Assembly: GCA_902776615.1 (NCBI GenBank)
Contig: CACYQU010000002.1
Span: forward strand, 5,419 to 69,418
Reading direction: 5' to 3'
Source: an uncultured bacterium
GTDB lineage: Bacteria; Verrucomicrobiota; Kiritimatiellia; RFP12; UBA1067
DNA length: 64,000 nt
The translations under genes were made by a program, and so were the position numbers. The notes under the pieces are model-generated. The model was not told the DNA's origin. It searched no databases and saw only the letters and a list, made by a program, of their open reading frames with translations. This document shows positions 16,304 through 25,692 of the stretch, one piece after another. The stretch's first letter is position 1. Each line of letters opens with the position of its first letter.

Positions 16304-17261
16304 CATGGGCCGCCACGTCGCAGGAGACATGCCCGAGATCGACCGCATCGTCGACGAGACGATTGGCGCGGTCGGCGCCGAGGTCGACGCCATGCGCATC
16401 CCCCGCCTCTGGGGGATCGTGCTCGGCGGCGGCTACGGGCGCGGCGAAGGCGGCGCGATCGGCGGCGGCCTCTCGAACGACCTTGATTTCTACGTGGTCG
16501 CCGAGGAGGGCGCCGGCTCTGCGGATCTCGCGGCGATCGATGCGGCGCTCAAGCCCGTGTCGGAGAAGTGGACGGCGAAGCTCGGCGTGGACGTCGATTT
16601 CTGCACGGCCAAGACCCCGTGGCGAATCCGCCACGACGAAAACCGCCTCATGATACAGGAGCTTCTCCATGGCTACTTCGACGTCGCGGGAGAGCGCGGC
16701 GAGACGATGTTCGCTTCGGTGAAGCGGCTGGATCCCGGCGAACTGCCGTGGATCGAGGCGGCGCGGCTTCTCATGAACAGAGGGGCGGGGCTGCTTCTGG
16801 CGGGCGACAGGCTGCGCGCGGGCGAAGGCGTGAAGGGATTTGTCGCGAGGAACATCAACAAGGCGGTGCTCGGTGCGGGCGACGCGCGGCTCATCGCGCG
16901 CGGCGCATACAGGTGGCGGGCGGTCGATCGCGCGGAAGCGCTCGGCGACGCGCTCTATTCGAAGGCGGTGGAGTGGAAGTTCCGCCCGGCGGACGTGCCG
17001 GTGTGCGACATCGCTGCGGCGCGTGTCGCGTGGACTGCCGCTCTCGACGAGGTGCTCGGCGCGGACGGCGCCGAGGGCGCGTTCTCGCGGCGCACGGTCT
17101 ACAATGCGGCGCGGTGGATCGTCCGGCGCGGAACCATCGGCGACTTGCGCACGTTCGGGCGCGATCCCGTGGCGAGGGTGCTCGCCGCCATGCGCGGCGC
17201 GGTTGCGGAGGGCGCCCCGTTCGCCGCAAGTCTGAAGAAAGACTGGATTCAATTCAACTGA
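16287..17261 (+). CDS. Hypothetical protein with a Pol-beta-superfamily nucleotidyltransferase-like N-terminus and a helical C-domain
   Basis: [11 protein letters not shown]...NDLDFYVV fits the G[GS]-x(9-13)-DxD minimal nucleotidyltransferase pattern. ATG 16305 is an alternative start. Confidence 0.4.
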   Translation: MGGLADMGRHVAGDMPEIDRIVDETIGAVGAEVDAMRIPRLWGIVLGGGYGRGEGGAIGGGLSNDLDFYVVAEEGAGSADLAAIDAALKPVSEKWTAKLGVDVDFCTAKTPWRIRHDENRLMIQELLHGYFDVAGERGETMFASVKRLDPGELPWIEAARLLMNRGAGLLLAGDRLRAGEGVKGFVARNINKAVLGAGDARLIARGAYRWRAVDRAEALGDALYSKAVEWKFRPADVPVCDIAAARVAWTAALDEVLGADGAEGAFSRRTVYNAARWIVRRGTIGDLRTFGRDPVARVLAAMRGAVAEGAPFAASLKKDWIQFN

Positions 17262-17290
17262 AAGCTTCAACGAAGGAAAGGATTGGTGCT

Positions 17291-17614
17291 ATGGCACATG
17301 ACATAAAGAAAGAGGGTCGTCTACTTACGGTTGCGATCGACGGGCGTTTCGTCGCCAGCGTCGCCCCCGGGGTTCGCGACGACATAATGGCGCAGATGGC
17401 CGACGGGGACAATGTTCTTTTCGATTTGAGCCGCATGGTGCATATCGATTCCAGCGGGCTGGGCGTTCTCGTTCAGGTTCTGCAGAAGGCGAAGGCCGGC
17501 GGAGGAAAGGTGATTCTCGCGGCGCTTCAGCCCGCGCCGAAGATCGTGTTCGACATAACTAAGGTGAGCCGCGTGTTCGAAATCGTACCCACGGTTGCCG
17601 ATGCGAAATTCTGA
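17291..17614 (+). CDS. STAS-domain anti-sigma-factor antagonist (RsbV/SpoIIAA/HsbA-like)
   Basis: 107 aa. LFDLSRMVHIDSSGLGVLV contains the conserved phosphorylatable DSSG motif. SD GAAGGAAAGGA lies upstream. Confidence 0.8.
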   Translation: MAHDIKKEGRLLTVAIDGRFVASVAPGVRDDIMAQMADGDNVLFDLSRMVHIDSSGLGVLVQVLQKAKAGGGKVILAALQPAPKIVFDITKVSRVFEIVPTVADAKF

Positions 17615-17639
17615 GATGATGCATGTTTCTCCAGCGTCG

Positions 17640-20600
17640 ATGAAGGTGCGCATGGCGGCGGCGTTCGCTGCATGCCTCTGCTGCGCCGCGGCTTTCGCAG
17701 AAACGGTCAAGGTCGCAGAGTGCGTGAGAGATCCCGATCTGGATTTCTGGGCGGCGTCCGACAGCAGGTTTGCCGTCGCCGTGATGTGCGAAGTCTTCCG
17801 CGCAGCCGGCGTGGAGCCGGTGAAGGTTCCATACGGCGCGGACGGAATGGTCGACGAGACCAACGCCGAGGTCATATGCTCCGTATTCCGTACCCCAAAG
17901 ACGAAGGAAAACTACAATTTCCCCCTCCAGCCTCTGGGGCGCATGCACTACGGTCTCTACGCGACGCCTTCGCGCGCGATGTCGATGATGTCGACGAAGA
18001 TAACCGAATGGCCGAGAATGATAGTCGGCTATTCGCCCGTCTCGCAGGGCCAGAGCGAAGACCGCGAAGACTTCTTCCGCCATGCGCGGCTGACGCCAAA
18101 ATACGTGGAGTATCCTACGAGCGCAGGCGCCGTCGAGGCGCTTACGGCGGGCGAGATCGACGTTCTCTTCCTCTACACCCCTTTCGGCCGCAGGCCCGAG
18201 GGAGTCGTGGAAGTGGTGCCGATCGGCGACAAGAACGTCTATTTCGGCGTCCGGAAAGACAAGCCGCAGCTTCTTGAGAGGCTGGGCAGGGCATATCGCG
18301 ATTTCTACATCGACAACATCGACCTTATCGACGTGTGGCGCGAGCAGCTGCTTGGCGTGCCCAAGCCGCAGAAGCGCGTGAGGGTTGCGGCCTACCGCCG
18401 CGGCGACATGTTCGACGTCGACGACAACGGCGACATGTCAGGTTCGCTCAAGAACTGGCTCAAGACGATATGCGGCTACACCCACTGGACGCTCGACTAC
18501 GTCTACGGTGGCTACGACGAGAGCCTTGAGGCCGTAAGGGACGGCCGGCTAGACCTCATCGGCGGGATAGGCTTTTCGCCGCAGAGGCGCAAGGAATATC
18601 TCTTCACGCATACGCCGATCGGGATGCTGCGCGTATATCTGTGGGTGCATCCCGGCAGCAACTACAAGCCGGGCGAGCCATCGACATGGCGCGGCATGAG
18701 GGTAGGCCTTCTTGCCGGAACCGTCAGCGGCGCACGCGCGAAGCGCCAGTTCGACGAAGAGGACTCCGGCGTTACGTACAGGGAGTTCTCGACCGACAAG
18801 GCCATGCTCGCCGCCTACTTCAGCGGTGAAATCGATGCCTGCATCGATGTGGAGAGCCATGAACTGATGAACGAAGTCGCGCTTCACGTCTACACGGCCC
18901 ATCCGATGTACATCTGCACTTCCACCGCAAGCGAAGAGGTCTTCGACGAACTCGAGTCGGCGATGGAGGCCGTCTGCGACGACTTCCCGAAGTACCAGCG
19001 CATGATAAGCGAGCGCCATTACGGAAAACGCAGCAACATGGCGTCGCTTTCGCTCGACGAGAGCGAGTGGCTCTCGAAGAGGCTGAAGAATCCCGCGCCG
19101 ATTACGATAGACTTCTCGCCGTGGCCTTTCCAGATATTCGACGACAGCGGCAAGCCGACGGGGTTCGCCGCCAGACTTCTCGCCGAGCTCTCGCGCCGCA
19201 CGGGGCTGAACTTCACGCCGCAGGCGCAGACCGACAAGGAGACCGCCGAGGCCAAATTCCTTCGCGGCGAGACGGATTTCTGGGTTCCGTATCCTGCGGA
19301 AGTCGAGAAAATCGCCCAGTCGCACACGTCGGTAATCGCTCTGCCGGTTCCCGAGAATTCGGCCGCCATGCTGGGCGCGGAGGATCCGCAGGTGGAGTTC
19401 GAGATGTTTGCCAACCGCCTTGTGCCGGATGAGTTGAAGTCGATCATCCGCAAGGTCGCCAACGACATAGGGTCGGCCGCCGTGCAGGACATGTTTATGG
19501 AGGCGATGGCCGAGCGCTCCCTCGAGCACAGGCTCTTCGGCTACACCGCAGAAGAGCTGAAGCGCGTTCTTTTCGTCACCGCGTTCTACATAATATTCGC
19601 CGGGATGGTGTTCGCGGTTCTGATGGGGCTTCTGCTGTGGCGCCAGACGAAGCTTGCCAACAAGGCCGCCAAGATGGCCGAAGACCACGCCCAGGCGAAG
19701 ACGCGCTTCCTCGCGATGATGTCGCACGAACTTCGCACGCCGCTGAACGCCGTAATCGGTTTCGCCGAATTCCTTGCGCGTCCGAATATCGACGAAAAGC
19801 AGCGCAACGAATACATCGAGGGTATCCTGCTCAGTTCCAATGCTCTGCTGGAGCTCATCAACGACATTCTCGACCTCTCGAAACTCGAGGCGGGCGCGAT
19901 GAACATGAGAAGCGGCGTGTGCCGCGTGGACCAGCTGCTGATGGAGATGCCTGCGATATTCGGCTATCGCGTACGCAAGCACGGCGTCGCGCTTGTCATC
20001 GACGCGCCGCCAGAAGGCACGATACCGGTCGTGGAGATGTCGCAGCAGGGCTTCAGGCAGATTCTCATCAACCTGGTCGGCAACGCGGCGAAGTTCACCG
20101 ACTCCGGCGAGATAAAGATATCCGTCAGCTGGAGCGCCATCAGCAATACGCTTCACATGGAGATTTCCGACACCGGGCGCGGCATGACGCGTGAAAAGCT
20201 GTCCAAGCTGTTCGATCCGTTCGTGCAGGATATCGCGAGCCGCATGAAGGCGGGCGCGGGCGAAGTGAAGGGCACGGGCCTCGGATTGCCGATCGTGAAG
20301 CGCATGGTAGACGCGATTGGCGGCACCATATACGCCGAAAGCGAACTTGGAAAGGGTACGACGTTCGTGATCGACATTCCGAACCTGCGCGTGCTGGACA
20401 ATCTGCCGTCCGCGCCGGTGTCTGCCGAGAAGTCGCTCAGAATGGCCAAAGTGCCCGATCGCGTGCTCGTCGTGGACGACATGGTGATGAACCGCAAGAT
20501 TCTCGGCATACATCTCACCAACATGAAAGTGAAGGACATCCGCTTTGCCGAGAACGGCAAAAAGGCGCTCGAGATCATGGGCGAGTGGAAGCCGGACGTC

Positions 20601-20807
20601 GTACTTACCGATATGTGGATGCCCGAAATGGACGGCACTCAGCTTGCCGAGGCCATGCACCGCGAACGTGCGCTGGCCGAGATACCGGTCGTGGCGGTAA
20701 CAGCCGATGTTGATGTAGGCTCGACCTACGACATGACGCTCTTTGCGAAGATCATAGCGAAACCGGTTACCGGCGACAAGCTGAAAGTCCTCTTTGGCGA
20801 GTTGTAG
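17640..20807 (+). CDS. Hybrid sensor histidine kinase with two periplasmic solute-binding (Venus-flytrap, SBP_bac_3-like) domains, HisKA, HATPase and a C-terminal receiver (BvgS-like, without its own Hpt)
   Basis: Signal-like MKVRMAAAFAACLCCAAAFA, a TM at FVTAFYIIFAGMVFAVLMGLLLW, the H-box FLAMMSHELRTPLNAV, GTGLGLPIVK, and a receiver VLVVDDM...LTDMWMPEMDG...IAKP. The ORF is open from 17595, so the start is uncertain. Confidence 0.8.
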   Translation: MKVRMAAAFAACLCCAAAFAETVKVAECVRDPDLDFWAASDSRFAVAVMCEVFRAAGVEPVKVPYGADGMVDETNAEVICSVFRTPKTKENYNFPLQPLGRMHYGLYATPSRAMSMMSTKITEWPRMIVGYSPVSQGQSEDREDFFRHARLTPKYVEYPTSAGAVEALTAGEIDVLFLYTPFGRRPEGVVEVVPIGDKNVYFGVRKDKPQLLERLGRAYRDFYIDNIDLIDVWREQLLGVPKPQKRVRVAAYRRGDMFDVDDNGDMSGSLKNWLKTICGYTHWTLDYVYGGYDESLEAVRDGRLDLIGGIGFSPQRRKEYLFTHTPIGMLRVYLWVHPGSNYKPGEPSTWRGMRVGLLAGTVSGARAKRQFDEEDSGVTYREFSTDKAMLAAYFSGEIDACIDVESHELMNEVALHVYTAHPMYICTSTASEEVFDELESAMEAVCDDFPKYQRMISERHYGKRSNMASLSLDESEWLSKRLKNPAPITIDFSPWPFQIFDDSGKPTGFAARLLAELSRRTGLNFTPQAQTDKETAEAKFLRGETDFWVPYPAEVEKIAQSHTSVIALPVPENSAAMLGAEDPQVEFEMFANRLVPDELKSIIRKVANDIGSAAVQDMFMEAMAERSLEHRLFGYTAEELKRVLFVTAFYIIFAGMVFAVLMGLLLWRQTKLANKAAKMAEDHAQAKTRFLAMMSHELRTPLNAVIGFAEFLARPNIDEKQRNEYIEGILLSSNALLELINDILDLSKLEAGAMNMRSGVCRVDQLLMEMPAIFGYRVRKHGVALVIDAPPEGTIPVVEMSQQGFRQILINLVGNAAKFTDSGEIKISVSWSAISNTLHMEISDTGRGMTREKLSKLFDPFVQDIASRMKAGAGEVKGTGLGLPIVKRMVDAIGGTIYAESELGKGTTFVIDIPNLRVLDNLPSAPVSAEKSLRMAKVPDRVLVVDDMVMNRKILGIHLTNMKVKDIRFAENGKKALEIMGEWKPDVVLTDMWMPEMDGTQLAEAMHRERALAEIPVVAVTADVDVGSTYDMTLFAKIIAKPVTGDKLKVLFGEL

Positions 20808-20809
20808 TC

Positions 20810-21628
20810 ATGAACGCGAAAAGTTTCGACAGCACGGCAGGTTATTTCCCGGACGTCTGCTTTGAGCGTCCGCCGGATATCGGCATACTTCTCGGAAGCG
20901 GGTGGGGCGAGGCCCTGCAGATGGACGATGTGATATTGCGGTTGACCTATTCCGAGATACCGGGTCTCGGCGCTTCGACGGTCGTCGGGCATTCCGGCGA
21001 ATTCGTGCTCTACACGCGCCGGGGCCGTCGCGTTGCGGCGTGGTGCGGCCGGCGCCATTACTACGAGGGCGCAGGCTGGGAGCCTGTCGTGCTGCCGGTC
21101 GAGATTCTCCGCAGAATGGGTTGTTCCACCGTCTTGCTGACGAATGCTTCCGGCGGAATAAACCCCGCCTTGAGGCCGGGGGACTTCGTGATCATACGCG
21201 ACCACATAAACACCACCGGGCTTTCGCCTTTCATCGGCGAGCATGTGCCCGAGTGGGGCGCGCGCTTTCCCGACATGACCGAGGTCTACGCGCGGCGGCT
21301 GGCCGAGCTTATGCACGCGAGCGCGAACCGCCTGGGCGTAAGGGCGATGGATGGCGTTTACGCCTATGCGTCCGGGCCGTGCTACGAGACGCCTGCCGAG
21401 ATTCGCGCATACAAGGCGCAAGGCGCCGACGTCGTCGGAATGTCCACCGTCCCCGAAGCGGTGTTCGCAAAAGCGTGCGGGATAAAGGTTGCGGGGCTTT
21501 CCCTGGTGACGAATCTTGCGGCCGGCATTTCGCTGAGGCCTCTTTCGCATGATGAGGTCGTCGCGGCGGGTGATGCGGCCAAGGCGGTGATGCGTGACTT
21601 CATCGACGACTTTCTTGCAAGGCTGTGA
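20810..21628 (+). CDS. punA: Purine nucleoside phosphorylase (PNP/MTAP family 2)
   Basis: GHSGEFV, LLTNASGGIN, GADVVGMSTVPEA motifs. Confidence 0.8.
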   Translation: MNAKSFDSTAGYFPDVCFERPPDIGILLGSGWGEALQMDDVILRLTYSEIPGLGASTVVGHSGEFVLYTRRGRRVAAWCGRRHYYEGAGWEPVVLPVEILRRMGCSTVLLTNASGGINPALRPGDFVIIRDHINTTGLSPFIGEHVPEWGARFPDMTEVYARRLAELMHASANRLGVRAMDGVYAYASGPCYETPAEIRAYKAQGADVVGMSTVPEAVFAKACGIKVAGLSLVTNLAAGISLRPLSHDEVVAAGDAAKAVMRDFIDDFLARL

Positions 21629-22521
21629 CGCTGTCTGACGCGATCTCTGCGTTTTCGCTCGCGTTGCGATTCGAGCGCGGCATGTCCGCGAACACATGCG
21701 AGGCGTACGACCGCGATCTCATGTTCTTCGGCGAGTGGCTTCGCGGCCGCGGAAAGACGTCCGCCGCAGATGTCACGCGCGACGACATAGCCCGGTTCCT
21801 GCGTGGCGAGCGGGAGGCCGGTCTCAAGGATTCCACTCGCGCGCGGAGGGCCGCAGCCATTCGCATGTGGCTGAAATATCTGAAAGAGTGCCGCATAATA
21901 TCCTCAAACCCCGCCGAGCTGATGGATACGCAAAAGAAGGCGATTCCCTTGCCGCGCGTGCTGTCGGAGGATGAGGTCGCCTCCATGCTGGACGCGATCG
22001 ACGGCTTGGAGCCGCGCGAACTGCGCGACAGGGCGATGCTGGAGACGTTGTACGGCTGTGGTCTGCGCGTATCGGAGCTGTGCGATCTCAAGATGGACGA
22101 CATAGTGGCCGAAGGCGAACTTCTGAGGGTGATGGGCAAAGGGTCCAAAGAGAGAATCGTGCCTCTTGGATCCGCCGCGGGGCGGGCGCTTGAAGCCTAC
22201 TTCGCGTCGGGGCGGGGTGTGTTTTCCAAGGGCGATCTCGCCGAGACGCACATGTTCCTCACCCGTCTGGGACGGCCTTTTACGCGTCAGGGCGTGTTCA
22301 AGATAATCCGCGAAAGGGCGGCTGCCGCCGGAATCGCCGCAGAGCGCATCTCTCCGCATGTTTTGCGGCACTGCTTCGCGTCGCACATGCTGTCTCATGG
22401 CGCCGACATACGCGTAATCCAGGAGCTTCTCGGCCACGCCGACATCGGCACGACCCAGATATACACGCATGTCGATGCCGCGCGTTTCGCGGAGATCCAC
22501 AAGCTTCATCCTCGCCACTAG
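21625..22521 (+). CDS. xerD: Tyrosine site-specific recombinase XerD-type
   Basis: GMSANTCEAYDRDLMFFGEWL N-domain. C-terminal HVLRHCFASHML...LLGHADIGTTQIYTHV carries the RHRY catalytic residues. The GTG start overlaps the punA stop. Confidence 0.7.
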   Translation: MTLSDAISAFSLALRFERGMSANTCEAYDRDLMFFGEWLRGRGKTSAADVTRDDIARFLRGEREAGLKDSTRARRAAAIRMWLKYLKECRIISSNPAELMDTQKKAIPLPRVLSEDEVASMLDAIDGLEPRELRDRAMLETLYGCGLRVSELCDLKMDDIVAEGELLRVMGKGSKERIVPLGSAAGRALEAYFASGRGVFSKGDLAETHMFLTRLGRPFTRQGVFKIIRERAAAAGIAAERISPHVLRHCFASHMLSHGADIRVIQELLGHADIGTTQIYTHVDAARFAEIHKLHPRH

Positions 22522-22545
22522 CCGTCTGCGCCGCAGCACGCAAAA

Positions 22546-22554
22546 TGGTATAAT
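22546..22554 (+). promoter_or_regulatory. Extended -10 box TGGTATAAT upstream of murC-murB
   Basis: Lies in the xerD-murC gap, about 58 nt before ATG 22613. Confidence 0.5.
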
Positions 22555-22612
22555 GACGCGACAATGCATCCCGGAAAAGACAGAATCGGCAAAATGGAGT
22601 TTGCGTAACACG

Positions 22613-24469
22613 ATGAAAGTGCATCTCATAGGCATAGGCGGGGTTGGCATGGCCGGTCTGGCGGTGCTGCTGAAGGCGCGCGGACATGACGTGTCCGGAT
22701 GCGACCTTGCGCCTTCGCTTCGCACGGCATGGCTCGAATCGCAGGGCATCGCCGTTTATTGCGGACACGACCCTGCGCACGTGAGAGGCGTCGATCTTGT
22801 CGTCGTCACGCCGGCGGTTCCTGCGAATCATCCGGAAATCGTCGCGGCGGAACGTGTCGTTTCGCGCGGTGAGACTCTGGCGCGGATTGTCGGCGACTGC
22901 GATTCCGTGGCGGTTTGCGGTTCGCACGGCAAGACCACCACCGCTACATTCACCGCCAGACTGCTGATTGCGCTTGGCGAAAGCGTGGAGTGGGCGATAG
23001 GAGGCGAGACAGGCGATTTCCCGGTCGCCGGGTGCGTCGACGGGAAGACGTCTCGCGCGCGGGTGCTCGTGGTCGAGGCTGACGAATCCGACGGCACTCT
23101 CGCCCTCTATCACGCGAAAACGCTTGTCGTCACAAACTGCGAATACGACCACCCCGACCATTTCAGGACGTTTGCCGATTATCTCGCCTGTTACGAGGCG
23201 GCGAAGCGTCAGGCTGCGGATGTCGTGGAGTCCGAAAGTCTGGCCCCTGTCGCCGAACTTGACGCCGTGCTTTCGGCGCTTGCGCCGCATAATCGCGCGA
23301 ACGCTCGCGCCGCCGCAGAAGTGGCCTTGAGACGCGGCCATTCCATATCTGCGATAACCGCCGCACTGCGCGGCGTAGTGTCGAAGCTTCCAGACAGGCG
23401 TTTCCAGATATTGCGCAGCGAGGACGGAATGACGGTCGTCACCGATTATGCGCACCATCCCACCGAGATGGCGTGCGCTGTCGGTATGGCGCGCGAAATA
23501 TGCCGTGGAAGATTGAGGGTTCTTTTCCAGCCTCACCGCTATTCGCGCACGAAGGCTCTGCTGAAAGACTTTCCGGCGGCGTTTGACGGCGCGGACGAAG
23601 TTGTTCTCTGTCCTACATATGCCGCGTTCGAACCGCCTGTCGAGGGCGGTGATGCGGCAGACCTGTACGCCGCCTGCCGGCGGTTGTCCGGCAACCGTGC
23701 GCCGGAATGCGTCACCCCAAGGTTTTATCTCGCCCGATCCTGCGAAGAGGCCTGGTGGCATGCGCGGCGCACGATGCGCGAAGGAGATGTGACGCTCATA
23801 TTGGGGGCGGGCGACATAATCGCGCTGTCAAAGCCGGTCGCTTCGTGGGAGCTCCCGCCCGAGCGCAGAATCTGGATCGGGGCCGGCACCAATACATGGC
23901 GGAGCGACCTTGAGACGGGGGAAGAGTATGTAACCGTCAAGGGGCGCGCAGGCATGAAAGGCTCGTTGCTGGGCATACCCTGGATGGCCGGCATACCGGG
24001 GACTGTCGGCGGGTGGATAAAGATGAACGCCGGCGCTTTCGGGCACTCTTTTTCCGAAGTGCTCAAGCGCGTCAAGGTCGATGGCCGATGGCTTGATGCC
24101 TCGGAATGCGGTTTCGGCTACAGGCGTTCGTCGATCGAAGGCGAGATACAGGATTTCGAGCTTGTCGACGACCTTCCGCGCGGAGATGCCGCCGAATATC
24201 TCGCCCGGCGCGCCAAGTTCCCTTCAGGCACGAAAGGCAGCGTGTTCAAGAATCCGCCGGGCGATCATGCCGGACGTCTCCTCGAGGCGGCTGGCTGCAA
24301 AGGGATGCGCGTCGGCGGGGCTCGCGTGTGGGAGAGTCATGCGAATGTCATCGTATGCGACAGCTCCGCGACGGCGTCTGACTTCCTTGCGCTTGTCGAG
24401 ATCATGAAAAGGCGAGTCCGTCTCCGGTTTGGAATCGCTCTTGAGCCAGAGGTCTGCGGACTGCCTTGA
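22613..24469 (+). CDS. murC: Fusion protein: UDP-N-acetylmuramate--L-alanine ligase (MurC) + C-terminal UDP-N-acetylenolpyruvoylglucosamine reductase (MurB)-like portion
   Basis: MurC part: MKVHLIGIGGVGMAGLA, GSHGKTTT, DYAHHPTE, ILGAGDI. From about 23860 the MurB part: IWIGAGTN, GIPGTVGGWIKMNAGAFG, FGYRRS, GSVFKNPPGDHAGRLLEAAGCKG, HANVIV. Confidence 0.75.
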   Translation: MKVHLIGIGGVGMAGLAVLLKARGHDVSGCDLAPSLRTAWLESQGIAVYCGHDPAHVRGVDLVVVTPAVPANHPEIVAAERVVSRGETLARIVGDCDSVAVCGSHGKTTTATFTARLLIALGESVEWAIGGETGDFPVAGCVDGKTSRARVLVVEADESDGTLALYHAKTLVVTNCEYDHPDHFRTFADYLACYEAAKRQAADVVESESLAPVAELDAVLSALAPHNRANARAAAEVALRRGHSISAITAALRGVVSKLPDRRFQILRSEDGMTVVTDYAHHPTEMACAVGMAREICRGRLRVLFQPHRYSRTKALLKDFPAAFDGADEVVLCPTYAAFEPPVEGGDAADLYAACRRLSGNRAPECVTPRFYLARSCEEAWWHARRTMREGDVTLILGAGDIIALSKPVASWELPPERRIWIGAGTNTWRSDLETGEEYVTVKGRAGMKGSLLGIPWMAGIPGTVGGWIKMNAGAFGHSFSEVLKRVKVDGRWLDASECGFGYRRSSIEGEIQDFELVDDLPRGDAAEYLARRAKFPSGTKGSVFKNPPGDHAGRLLEAAGCKGMRVGGARVWESHANVIVCDSSATASDFLALVEIMKRRVRLRFGIALEPEVCGLP

Positions 24470-24516
24470 CGCTGCCTCGCATTGAATCCAAAATCCTCAG
24501 ATGGAAGTTTCACGCC

Positions 24517-24539
24517 AACTTCGCGAAGTACGCGAAGTT
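24517..24539. terminator. Perfect 9-bp hairpin (AACTTCGCG-aagta-CGCGAAGTT) between convergent genes; candidate bidirectional terminator
   Basis: Read directly. Followed by TCGTTTC on the plus strand. It lies in the 94-nt gap between the murCB stop (24469) and the lactonase stop (24564). Confidence 0.55.
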
Positions 24540-24563
24540 TCGTTTCAAGGTTGTTTCGCGAAC

Positions 24564-25610
24564 TTAGCGTGCTTTGCGTGAGATATGCAGCAGCGATACG
24601 GGACGGTTCAGCCCCCTTAGCGCGGAGAGCCGGGTGAACGCTCCTGTCATACTGTTGTATCGCAGGGAAAGGATTTCGCCCGAACGTTCCATCGCCACGA
24701 GAACAAGCGTTTCGTCTACGAATATGAAGTCGCGCGGCCAGCTGCCTTCGAGCTTGGTTCTCTCCTTGAACTTGATCTGACCGGTGGTTTCGTCGAAGTC
24801 GTATGCAGCAAGTGAGTTTTCGCCTCGGTTGGAGACTATGACGCGCTTCATGTCCGGCGACAGGCGAATCGCTGCGGCGAGGTTTGTGCTGTCTGATGCA
24901 GTGATGTCCGACGGATCGGGATGCTCGCGTGTGGGCAGGGACGCGATCAAACGGAAACCATCCTTGTCGCTCCACGACAGCGACGACACGAGATTTCCCA
25001 GTTCGCTGGCGAGGAAAGCGAGCCGTCCGTTCGGGTGGAATGCAAGGTGCCGCGGTCCGGCGCCGACGGGACTCGTTTTGAATACGCGGCCTTCAGGATA
25101 CATGACGACTTCGTCCAGTCCGAGATCGACGACGCAATAGCTTTTGCCGTCTGGCATGGGCAGCGCCTGGTGGCAGTGTGCATGGCTTTGGCGCGGCAGG
25201 TTCGGTCCGCATCCTTCGTGCCGGTGCAGAACCGGGTTTGCGAAACGTCCGCCCGAAACCTCCACGGAGCCCGCGAAGCCGCCTGTGTAGTCGGCGAATA
25301 CGACGTGCTTGCCGTCCTGCATCGCGGCGACATGGCAGACGCATTTGCCGAGTGCGATTTCGTCTGTCCGTTCCGCAATCGATCCGTCCGCTGCCAGTTG
25401 AAACGATGCAAGCCCGTCGCCAGTGCATGAATACAGCGTCTTCCCGTCTGGCGAAACGGCCTGGTAGATTGCGTTCGACACGCGATGTTCGGATGTGATT
25501 CTCATTTCGCCGGTTGCGGTGTCGAGTTCGACAGTCTTAAGGCCAAGCGGATTCTGCGCATCGGCGTAGCATCCCAGATAGATGAGTGCTGCAAGTCCTT
25601 CCATTGTCAT
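24564..25610 (-). CDS. Beta-propeller lactonase family protein (6-phosphogluconolactonase / YbhE-like)
   Basis: 348 aa from MTMEGLAALIYLGCYAD. Repeated blade-like segments and GAGPRHLAFHPNGRLAFLASELG are typical of the lactonase 7-blade propeller family. Confidence 0.65.
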   Translation of the reverse strand: MTMEGLAALIYLGCYADAQNPLGLKTVELDTATGEMRITSEHRVSNAIYQAVSPDGKTLYSCTGDGLASFQLAADGSIAERTDEIALGKCVCHVAAMQDGKHVVFADYTGGFAGSVEVSGGRFANPVLHRHEGCGPNLPRQSHAHCHQALPMPDGKSYCVVDLGLDEVVMYPEGRVFKTSPVGAGPRHLAFHPNGRLAFLASELGNLVSSLSWSDKDGFRLIASLPTREHPDPSDITASDSTNLAAAIRLSPDMKRVIVSNRGENSLAAYDFDETTGQIKFKERTKLEGSWPRDFIFVDETLVLVAMERSGEILSLRYNSMTGAFTRLSALRGLNRPVSLLHISRKAR

Positions 25611-25648
25611 TTTGCTCCTTTTGCCATCGGTTTGTTTGTCTGGACAAT

Positions 25649-25657
25649 ATGATACCA
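25649..25657 (-). promoter_or_regulatory. Extended -10 box TGGTATCAT (minus strand) upstream of the lactonase gene
   Basis: The reverse complement of ATGATACCA, about 39 nt upstream of ATG 25610. Confidence 0.4.
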
Positions 25658-25692
25658 AAATCTTCCCCGTTGTGCCGGCGCTTGGTGGAATA

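Noticed and set aside
18549-20660. 703-aa ORF antisense to the hybrid histidine kinase
   Set aside because: Shadow ORF. It has no motifs and Arg/His-rich composition.
21625-22521. Tyrosine recombinase as the integrase of a mobile element
   Set aside because: The N-terminal motif (S-x-NT-x-x-AY-x-RDL...EWL) and its size match housekeeping XerD. It is translationally coupled to punA and flanked by core genes. I saw no att-like direct repeats or GC shift.
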